42,439 nucleotides of DNA from an uncultured Pseudomonadota bacterium. GTDB lineage: Bacteria > Myxococcota_A > UBA796 > UBA2385. Both the position numbers and the translations under genes were made by a program. The notes under the pieces were generated by a model, which was given only the letters and a program-made list of their open reading frames with translations, was not told where the DNA came from and did not search any database. The stretch spans positions 1 through 42,439 of the forward strand of contig CAJWOS010000002.1 in NCBI GenBank assembly GCA_913044235.1, given 5' to 3'. This document shows positions 36,201 through 42,439 of this stretch, piece by piece. Every line of letters begins with the position of its first letter. Positions within the stretch are counted from its first letter, which is position 1.

Positions 36201-36797
36201 AACGGAGTACAAGTCGGTCCATGGCCCGAGTTCTTGCACCCGACCGGCAGCCTGCTCAGGCGCCATCCACTCGCGTGTACCGGCGACAGACTCCCCGGTG
36301 AAGGCCACTTCCGTTCGGGCGCCGGCCAGGCCGAAGTCAGCGACCCATGGCTGCTCCTGCCCATCCTCAACCGCATGCAACAAGACATTTTCAGGCTTGA
36401 TGTCGCGGTGTACGAGCCCGCGCGCGTGAAAGTGTCCGAGCGCGCTCAGGACCGCATCCATCCAGTCGAGGAGCAAGCCGATGGAAAGGTCTTCCGACAG
36501 CCGCTCCGCAAGACTGCCTCGGTTGGCGAAGTCCATCACCACGAAGGGCTGTCCGGATGCGAGCCGGCCAAAATCTCGGACCGGCACGATGTTCGGATGC
36601 ACCAGACGACCCGATAGAGCCACCTCGCGCGCGAAGCGAGCACGGAATCGGTCCAGACGTGCAAGATGCGGCCGCACGACCTTGATGGCTACGGGCTCGT
36701 CGGTTTCCTGATCGAGGAGCCGATACACGAGTCCGGTTGCTCCCTCCCCAACGGGCGTGGGATCGCAGTAGCGCGCTGGCAGGATGGGAGCCGACAT
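33204..36797 (-). CDS. Serine/threonine protein kinase fused to AAA/NB-ARC-type ATPase and TPR-repeat domain (1197 aa)
   Basis: The Hanks kinase N-terminus reads GEGATGLVYRL..VAIKVV...HRDIKPENVLL...DFGLA...GTREWMAPE. The P-loop is ILLVGRDGSGKGRMA. The roughly 500-aa C-terminus is TPR/helical-repeat. Confidence 0.88.
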   Translation of the reverse strand: MSAPILPARYCDPTPVGEGATGLVYRLLDQETDEPVAIKVVRPHLARLDRFRARFAREVALSGRLVHPNIVPVRDFGRLASGQPFVVMDFANRGSLAERLSEDLSIGLLLDWMDAVLSALGHFHARGLVHRDIKPENVLLHAVEDGQEQPWVADFGLAGARTEVAFTGESVAGTREWMAPEQAAGRVQELGPWTDLYSVGLVLNLALGGSPVRLKRDSARRFHPSPVALPDDLAPELAAVIRNLLHPDPRQRYDRAADVRRALEEARVAMDADAEAKTVTTRVIPTTTTTFPVPLTQRGLATVANLRPAGAAKDQARPNWNRVVPSALPAALPKHCGVGAPSHALRVYSLREPPPPTRPKVQRTIWDAAHEVLEQARTRIILLVGRDGSGKGRMADAYAERLDEGGFMESVTLRYHDPPEDDDGFRGAVLELLSPWNDGREDAIARISRWLARDRGTGAGDVLDEAEALVRWCGYRVPKEPPLNSGLGLAYLLRHLDARSWRGGAMLVLQDVHHARGNAEGLGICRALLDETVGTRPILVLASLSRDALEEDPELAADVEELTGLGATRVDMDRLDDEAMTEFLEQALQVEPQLASELARRCSGSPTFASLLIRDLAVRGVVRRSSAGRMELADSENVPDLAVFVPRTLEDLATRRIDGAIASTEDPSGCAKALATAALAGQAPPARVVRAASGEALDLLLGTGLVSQNGFRLVFEARCIREAVVRRAWAEADQMVLQQNLADAWAAVGESAGADVDLSVGRHLLGAESHNDAVVPLLRAARSNLASGRPHMAMLAGRLALQAATAADRQMARVEARQLIAAALLEQGKPEQAAMLLSDSGGEWRMDRRSRARDSLLSARAAMGLGNLPEAKDLLQRAASAYESTRDRSGTIETAQQQAALFRLRGHPLRAADRYTRVLRQAREQDLNERVQALAGRIQCLVAAGQTQRARRDRPRLQAAARQSQDTRSIAVASFASGLLYFVEGKYELADRHLRTALALGATVGDVRFQVQSHNVLGEIARHAGEREKAAAHYSRALRTARRRAWIPAAAVAHLNLAMLHLGHDDAAARREHEAALELVGADSSHWVRIFVALLSVVWAAESGRIDDARASLQDAVEAGLARMPLPDAHVLLERVARHARSVGAAYLEARALELGGSLVVDSRPPRDSDEAEIPDLLMEDPADLPTDVMPSPDLSG

Positions 36798-36977
36798 GCA
36801 GCCCTTGTATCACCCGACGCCACTCACACTACCCATGAGTCACACAACGGAGCCGGGTTTGTGTCGTCCCGACCTGCAAGCCCCCTCTGCGGAACCCCAA
36901 AGGCACGTCTCCATCGAATCGACAGCAACGGCGATGTTCATCCCGTTTCCAGGGTGCTGGATTGCCGACCGCGCCGC

Positions 36978-37328
36978 TCAGTCGAGCTCGAACGCGATGG
37001 AGTCACCCACCTTTCCACTGAACAACCGCCCGAGTAGGTCCAACATCGGCTCCCCGGTATCTCGCTCCACCCACTGTTCGTCGAGACAACGGAAGTGCCA
37101 GGCGCGAAGGTTGGCCGAGAGCCACAGCTCGTGGGTGGGGGTCTGCTGCGAGAGCACAAAGGTACTGCCGTCGGCCTCGAACAACACTTGAAGGTTGCCG
37201 GGCGTCAGCCGCGGGTCGAGGTCCGCGTCAATCTCGTCGATCTGGTCCAGCAGCGAACGCAAGACCACACCGACTTCTTTCCGGAAGACTGTGTCATCGG
37301 TAAATCGTCCATTCAACGTTGTAGACAT
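36978..37328 (-). CDS. cyaY: Iron-sulfur cluster assembly protein CyaY (frataxin homologue)
   Basis: 116-aa protein with acidic helix-1 (LLDQIDEIDADLD) and a frataxin beta-sheet segment (QVLFEADGSTFVLSQQTPTHELWLSANLRAWHFRCLDEQWVERDTGEPMLDLL). Confidence 0.72.
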   Translation of the reverse strand: MSTTLNGRFTDDTVFRKEVGVVLRSLLDQIDEIDADLDPRLTPGNLQVLFEADGSTFVLSQQTPTHELWLSANLRAWHFRCLDEQWVERDTGEPMLDLLGRLFSGKVGDSIAFELD

Positions 37329-37429
37329 TCGCCCATCTCCACGGTTTCCCGGCCGCGCTCGGTGTAACCCGGACGGATACCGCGTCGACTGCTGGCGTTT
37401 GTCGGAAGCGCTTCGCTCGGGCGGGCGGC

Positions 37430-38713
37430 TCAGAGCCTGCGAAGTGCAGCCCCCAGTCGCTCAACTGCTCCATGGATGTCGTCGAGGCCGACCGCGCCGA
37501 TGCTCATGCGGAACCATCCCGACTCTCCTGGCATATCGAACGCCTGAAAAGGCACCACCGCAACACCGGCTTCGTCCAGAAGCCAACGACGAATCGATTC
37601 GTTGGTATCGAAGCCCTGCCCAATCAGGTTCACGCGGAAGCTCAGGTAGATGCCCCCTTGTGGAGCAATCGCATCGACCGGAAGCCCCTCCTCCCGGAGA
37701 GCAGCGATACCCGAATACAGGGCATTCAGGCGACTGCTGACCTGCTCGTTGAGCGTGACAAACCATGCCTGGAGGGCCTCAGGGTTGTCGACCAGCTCCG
37801 CAGCAGCCAACTGCTCCGGCCGAGGCGCCCAAGCCCCCATATGGCCAATGAGAGCCTTCATCTTCACCTGCAAATACGGCGGTAGAATCGCCCATCCCAC
37901 CCGGAGCCCTGTCGCGCACATCCACTTGCTGATGGCATCGATGTGCACCACGTACGGCGTGGCCTCGGGCACCAGCGCGCACGGGTTTGAGTGGGGCCGG
38001 CCTCCGGCAGTGATCGCCCAGTAGACCTGGTCGAAGATCATCATACAGGGCCGCTCGCGACCCTTGTTCTCGTCCACGAGGGCCTGCGCGATTCCCCGCA
38101 GGACCTCCGGATCAATCATGGTCCCGGTAGGGTTGAGTGGGCTGTTCAGGATCACCAATCGTGCCCCACGAATCGCCTCGCGGACTTGCTCGACCGTTGG
38201 AAAGAAGTCGTTTTCGGCCTTGGTGAGCACGAACTCATGGATCGACCCATTGAGGTGAGCGTAGTAGCCCGTATTCCACATCGGAAGGAAGCTCACGGTG
38301 CGGTCGCCGGGCTCCACGAAGAGCCGCCAAGCAGAGTAGATCGGCGGGCGCGCGCCACTGCCCACACACACCCAGTCTGCGGAGACCTCAACGCCCCAGT
38401 TGCGGCGAACCAAGCGGGCCACCGCAGCCTTGAGCTCAGGCACACCATCCGCAGGTGGGTAGTTGGTGTGACCGTCTTTCAGCTTTCGCTGGATTCCAGA
38501 GCTGAGCTCGCTTGGTACGCGGAACTGGGCCGGCCGGAAATCGCCCACCGTAAAGTTCGCGACCGCCTGGCCTTTCGCGGCGAGCGCGCGCACCTCGCCA
38601 GCGATCTTGAGGATCATCGACCCGCGCATCGCGGCTGCGACGGGCGTGACGGCGGCCTCCATCGCAGCATGGTGGTCGTCGGGGAGAAAAGCAGAAAGGT
38701 CGGTGGTGTTCAT
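37430..38713 (-). CDS. PLP-dependent aminotransferase, class I/II (aspartate/aromatic aminotransferase-like)
   Basis: 427-aa protein with the class-I aminotransferase PLP-region motif LVILNSPLNPTG. The Lys-bearing segment is IDAISKWMCATGLRVGW. Overall layout is AAT-like. Confidence 0.8.
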   Translation of the reverse strand: MNTTDLSAFLPDDHHAAMEAAVTPVAAAMRGSMILKIAGEVRALAAKGQAVANFTVGDFRPAQFRVPSELSSGIQRKLKDGHTNYPPADGVPELKAAVARLVRRNWGVEVSADWVCVGSGARPPIYSAWRLFVEPGDRTVSFLPMWNTGYYAHLNGSIHEFVLTKAENDFFPTVEQVREAIRGARLVILNSPLNPTGTMIDPEVLRGIAQALVDENKGRERPCMMIFDQVYWAITAGGRPHSNPCALVPEATPYVVHIDAISKWMCATGLRVGWAILPPYLQVKMKALIGHMGAWAPRPEQLAAAELVDNPEALQAWFVTLNEQVSSRLNALYSGIAALREEGLPVDAIAPQGGIYLSFRVNLIGQGFDTNESIRRWLLDEAGVAVVPFQAFDMPGESGWFRMSIGAVGLDDIHGAVERLGAALRRL

Positions 38714-38848
38714 GCCCGTGTCCTACACCAGACCTTCCCCTCATGCACCTGAAAAATCCGCCTTCCAACACTCCGGTTGCCGGAGAGCGATGCACCTTGG
38801 TCTCCCAACCGGCCCACACAGCAGGGATGCTGTGTGTCCATGAGAGCT

Positions 38849-39763
38849 TCAGCTCACTGCTCGGCCGATGTACGTAATGCTCGCGATACGGCCACCGGGG
38901 GAAATCTCTTCCAGTGCTGCCATCGCACGGACCGCAGCCTTGGCAACATCACTGGCGACCACCACCCAAGTCTCTTCCGAACCATCCACGTTGAACGAGA
39001 ACGCCTGCTGTGCAGATGCACCGACAGACTTGAAAGCCACAACAGGCGAGGAGCGCTTGCGCGAGGGAGTCTTCGGTGTTTCAACCGTGGGGGTTGGTGC
39101 CTGGACGGCAACGGCCTGTTTGCGGCTTCGGGTCTCCATCCGACGGCGTTCTCGATACTCCGCCTTGATGCCGTGCCGAGACCGATAGGCCCGCACGTTT
39201 TCTGGCGTGACCCCAGCCCGCGCAGCGATTTCAGCATCGGGGACCTTGCCAAGCTGGGCGTAGAAAGGGTCCAAACGAGACTTCCGCCGCGAAGGCGGTC
39301 GCTTGGAGGCTAGCGTCGCTTCCTTTGCCACGTTGAGCTCGATGCCCCGGCGCCGTCGGTACATGCGCACGGCCTCGGTCGATACGCCCGCGAGGCCAGC
39401 GACCTCTTTGTCGGAAATCTGCCCGACCTGGTCACTGAAAGGCGCAATCTTGGACCGACGCCCGGCCGTGGACGCTCCGCCTCGAGCCGTTCCCGTTGCT
39501 TTGGCGCTTCCTGCCACGGACGCAGCAGCAGCCGGCTGGGTCTCTTCGGCGACTGAATCCGCGACTGCCGCAGTGGAGTCGTCGTCACTGGTGTCGTTAC
39601 CGAACTTGTAGCCATCGTAAGCGTCGACCTTCAAGGAGCGACGATATCGCCCGACGATCGACGCACTGGTTCCGGCACGCGCGGCAACCTCGTGGTCGGG
39701 GACCTTTCCCAAAAGATGACGGAGCGCTTCCAACTCGGGGTACGACTTGCGCTTTCGGGGCAT
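38849..39763 (-). CDS. Basic DNA-binding-like protein with three tandem HTH (sigma-70 region-4 / resolvase-HTH-like) repeats and a novel C-terminal domain
   Basis: Start at the second ATG (39763), which has GGAG at -13 and high GC3 thereafter. Three ~45-aa repeats each follow a basic patch: R1 YPELEALRHLLGKVPDHEVAARAGTSASIVGRYRRSLKV, R2 APFSDQVGQISDKEVAGLAGVSTEAVRMYRRRRGIEL, R3 DPFYAQLGKVPDAEIAARAGVTPENVRAYRSRHGIKA. The C-terminal 60 aa read FSFNVDGSEETWVVVASDVAKAAVRAMAALEEISPGGRIASITYIGR. Confidence 0.65.
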   Translation of the reverse strand: MPRKRKSYPELEALRHLLGKVPDHEVAARAGTSASIVGRYRRSLKVDAYDGYKFGNDTSDDDSTAAVADSVAEETQPAAAASVAGSAKATGTARGGASTAGRRSKIAPFSDQVGQISDKEVAGLAGVSTEAVRMYRRRRGIELNVAKEATLASKRPPSRRKSRLDPFYAQLGKVPDAEIAARAGVTPENVRAYRSRHGIKAEYRERRRMETRSRKQAVAVQAPTPTVETPKTPSRKRSSPVVAFKSVGASAQQAFSFNVDGSEETWVVVASDVAKAAVRAMAALEEISPGGRIASITYIGRAVS

Positions 39764-40236
39764 CCTGGCAGCTCCAGTTGGCCGGCGTTCACCGCGGCCA
39801 AAATTCATCGCGCCTTGGGCGCGTATGTTGTTTTGGGATGTGTGACGGCTTCTTCGCCCACGCTACGGGCACCAAGTCGCCGACTAAAGACGCGATACGA
39901 CCCCACACTATAGCTGACCTCGTCGCAGTTCTTATCGGGCTGAACACATCGGCAGACAAAAAGAGACATGGACTCGACACTGGTGGGCCACTGCCGCAGA
40001 TTCTCCTTTCATGGAGATATCGTTCGGCGCGCGCATACCCAAATAGGCCAGACAACTAACCATGTCAACAGCGCACAAATACGAAACGGAACGCCCAACC
40101 AAACCGGCTTCCCTCCTGACTGCCACGACGCTATCGGTGAGTGATTGGCATAGCGTACCAAACGTAGCAAACATCAATCATCCCACGTCCATTCCCCTTA
40201 TTGTGCCACCCCCGTCCGTCCGATGAGCGTTCGAAG
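39764..40236. other. Lower-GC (~52%) intergenic island, with the putative promoter region of the HTH-repeat gene and the 3' flank of the STAND/TPR gene
   Basis: No ORF in this span has coding-like GC3. It holds the AT-richest tracts of the window (e.g. ...caaataggccagacaactaaccatgtcaacagcgcacaaatacgaaacggaacg...). Confidence 0.4.
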
Positions 40237-42339
40237 TCAAGACTTTGTGGGGTCCGTTGGCGACCCCTGGGCTGCACGCTCCGTCGCCACGCGCCAGGGG
40301 TGCACCCGAAACGCCGCCCTCGCTTCTCCGTCCAATAAACGTTCAAGCAAATCCAAAGCATCGAGACTGGTCGTTACGACTCCAGCCACCTCCTGCGACG
40401 ACAGCACTCCAGACTCCAGCAGCGCTACACTGGCCCGGACCCGCACCGGCGACCGATCGGAGCAGCAGAGTGCGCGGGCATCCGCGGCGGCCGCCCTCCG
40501 CAGAGCATTGGGTGGTGCATCGGACTTCAACAAGGCTTCAATGCGACACACTTTAATTTCTTCGTGATGCGGACCAGATTCAAGATCGGCGCCAATGATG
40601 GCCGCGGCATCGAGTGCGCGTAGCCCTTCATCGAGGCGACCCTCGCGAAGAAGCGCGCGTCCAAGATGCGCCCGACTGCGAGCTTCGTCTATCCTTAGTG
40701 CAAATCGCCCCGCAATTTCGGCCGCATCTCGGAGCGTTTTGACGGCCCTGGAGATCGCTCCCGACTGTTCCAACAAAACGCCATCATAGATCGCACGCTT
40801 CACCCGAAACCAGGGCAAGCCTCGCATACCGGCCAGCCGGCTCTCTTCGAGCAGCTCCCGAGCTTCGCCCAGCTGGTACAGCGCCATCCGTGCAGCCGTG
40901 GCTTTTGCGAGCAGCAGCGCATGGCAGACCGGATCGCCAAGTCGGCGGGCCCGGGCCAGAGCCGGTGCCAAAATATCGGTGAGGACCTGGGTCCACTGGC
41001 CCTGAGATCCAGCCACCGCAGCTTGTGCTACGGCGAGCAATCCCTGCTCTCGAGGCCCCAGCCAGCGGGCATTCGGAGGGAATCCACGGAGGATTTCGTG
41101 GGCCCGGTCAGCATCACCCGCCGCCAGAAATGACTCCGCACGGAGCAGTCCGACCCGCAAGCCAAGACTGGACTTCTGTACTCGGCGCACACTCGTATCC
41201 ACCGCGTCAAGCAAGCGTCTTGCCCCAACAAAGCGGCCACTGGCCACAAGTTGCTCCGCTTGTTCGCAAGCCACGCCCACTAGTGTGTGCGTGTCGTCCA
41301 CCGCACGAGCCAGCTCGGCCGCTTCCTCGAACTGTTGGTCGGCACGATTGGGGGCCGGACGCCACCGAAGATGGCGGGCGAGTAGCAAGGCACTCGCAGC
41401 CTGCGGGACATCGGAGCGATGGCGAATTGCATCCAACACACCAGCCGCACGGTGACTACCCGGCTCCAGCTCCAACCACGCAGCAGCCTGCAGCATCAAC
41501 AACGGGCCGGGGCACCCCTGCGGACTGTCCACGCTCTTCCAGGCATGGACCACCCGCCCGACCACCGGTGCCACCACATCCGGATGCCCTCGCTCAAGCT
41601 CCGATTGCCCCCACAACACAGCCGACCTCGATGCCTCCGCAAGGCGTTCGGCTTGGAGAAAGAGGCGCACGCTGCCAGGACTCGGAGCACTGTGGAGAAT
41701 GGTACCTGCAAGCTGTTGCACCACTGCATCACGGCGTGCCGAAGGCATCTCCTTCTGCACCACCTCGCCCAGTAGCTCGAAGGAAAGACTCCACGCGGCT
41801 CCTTCGGCGAGTTCGGAAACCAGCCCCAGCCGAGCCAGGTTGGCCAGCGCGTGAAGGACTTGCACAGAGCCTTCCCGGATGGCGTCCGCGACCCCCTGCG
41901 CGCGGAGCGGAGCACCCGCGAGAGACAAGACCTCCAGCACCCGAACCTCGGTCTGCGGCAACGTTCGCAGCTGACATGACAGTGGTTCTGCCACGGAAGC
42001 GGGAAGCGGCACTCGACCGCCCGAAAGGTCCACTGCAGCCGACCCGTCGTCGGCCTTGGCGAGCCCCTCGGTGAGCATCCCGCGCACCACTTCCAGCAGA
42101 AACTCGGAGCGCCCACCGGTCGCCTCGAACAGACGCCCCACCAGTCTCGGAGGCGGCGAACGCAACCCAAGGATTGATCCGACCAACCGGTAACAATCGG
42201 CGTAGTTCATGGGCTCGAGACGCACGAATCGGGGCGCGACAAAGGCGCTTGAAATCCTCGCGCGGACCGCATCTGAGTCCGAGGAGACCGCTCCGAGAAT
42301 GGCAATCCGATTCTCGCCTCGACAAAGGCTGGACAGCAA
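40237..42339 (-). CDS. TPR-rich C-terminal portion of a large STAND-type (AAA/NACHT-like) regulator; the gene apparently continues upstream beyond an in-frame TAG
   Basis: About 700 aa of helical/TPR-like repeats. The ORF-finder start at 42339 is a TTG. The same frame stays coding-like upstream (…LLREVDEAPEDALLLL…) until a TAG at 42382-42384. Another 18 sense codons follow to the window edge. Confidence 0.6.
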   Translation of the reverse strand: MLSSLCRGENRIAILGAVSSDSDAVRARISSAFVAPRFVRLEPMNYADCYRLVGSILGLRSPPPRLVGRLFEATGGRSEFLLEVVRGMLTEGLAKADDGSAAVDLSGGRVPLPASVAEPLSCQLRTLPQTEVRVLEVLSLAGAPLRAQGVADAIREGSVQVLHALANLARLGLVSELAEGAAWSLSFELLGEVVQKEMPSARRDAVVQQLAGTILHSAPSPGSVRLFLQAERLAEASRSAVLWGQSELERGHPDVVAPVVGRVVHAWKSVDSPQGCPGPLLMLQAAAWLELEPGSHRAAGVLDAIRHRSDVPQAASALLLARHLRWRPAPNRADQQFEEAAELARAVDDTHTLVGVACEQAEQLVASGRFVGARRLLDAVDTSVRRVQKSSLGLRVGLLRAESFLAAGDADRAHEILRGFPPNARWLGPREQGLLAVAQAAVAGSQGQWTQVLTDILAPALARARRLGDPVCHALLLAKATAARMALYQLGEARELLEESRLAGMRGLPWFRVKRAIYDGVLLEQSGAISRAVKTLRDAAEIAGRFALRIDEARSRAHLGRALLREGRLDEGLRALDAAAIIGADLESGPHHEEIKVCRIEALLKSDAPPNALRRAAAADARALCCSDRSPVRVRASVALLESGVLSSQEVAGVVTTSLDALDLLERLLDGEARAAFRVHPWRVATERAAQGSPTDPTKS

Positions 42340-42439
42340 TAGCAGCGCATCTTCAGGGGCCTCGTCGACCTCGCGCAGCAGCTAATCGGCAACGACGCGC
42401 TCCGCGAACGGCTGGTCACGTCGGCGCGCCGCCACATCG

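Noticed and set aside
38849-39808. Upstream ATG (39808) as the start of the HTH-repeat protein
   Set aside because: The first 15 codons have GC3 ~47% and only a weak RBS. The second ATG (39763) has GGAG at -13, and coding-like GC3 begins there.
1-42439. Scan of all intergenic regions (6852-6880, 8572-8711, 15616-15736, 20142-20481, 23949-24150, 24286-24438, 36798-36977, 37329-37429, 38714-38848, 39764-40236) for tRNA/rRNA/riboswitch signatures
   Set aside because: Nothing resembling a tRNA T-arm/acceptor pairing, rRNA or a riboswitch core I know was seen. A covariance-model search would be needed to exclude small RNAs.

Overview
This 42.4-kb window is high-GC (~68-70%) chromosomal DNA with a gene repertoire typical of Myxococcota (inference). 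It carries many lipoproteins, FGE-sulfatase-domain proteins, a Ser/Thr kinase fused to AAA/NB-ARC and TPR modules, and FG-GAP proteins. I call about 31 protein-coding genes, two-thirds of them on the minus strand. Most six-frame ORFs opposite real genes are GC-driven shadow ORFs. I found no rRNA, tRNA, CRISPR array, integrase or reverse transcriptase. The left edge is a lower-GC remnant of an IS110-family transposase, followed by two SurA-like PPIase lipoproteins and a complete rpoA that sits outside any ribosomal-protein operon. The next genes are a secreted protein translationally coupled to an orphan sensor histidine kinase, an SDR dehydrogenase, an RDD membrane protein, hflX, a large FG-GAP/ASPIC lipoprotein with an in-frame (TDAD)n microsatellite, a sugar nucleotidyltransferase and a permease-spermidine-synthase fusion. 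Two loci stand out as candidate novel systems. The first is a tightly coupled minus-strand operon (16225-23948): FGE-domain lipoprotein, polytopic SPFH protein, HflC-like, HflK-like, and a P1B-like P-type ATPase with no N-terminal metal-binding domain and VPT in place of the CPC transmembrane motif. The second is a divergent cluster of secreted proteins (24439-31063): a sulfatase-family protein with a degenerate C-L-S-H-W active-site motif, a beta-propeller-like lipoprotein, two translationally coupled FGE (SUMF1-like) paralogues and a further lipoprotein. The right side carries an Eis-like GNAT-SCP2 acetyltransferase, a Gly-rich lipoprotein, a 1197-aa kinase-AAA-TPR protein, cyaY, an aminotransferase, a basic protein built from three tandem sigma-r4-like HTH repeats, and a STAND/TPR regulator that runs off the window and contains an in-frame TAG.
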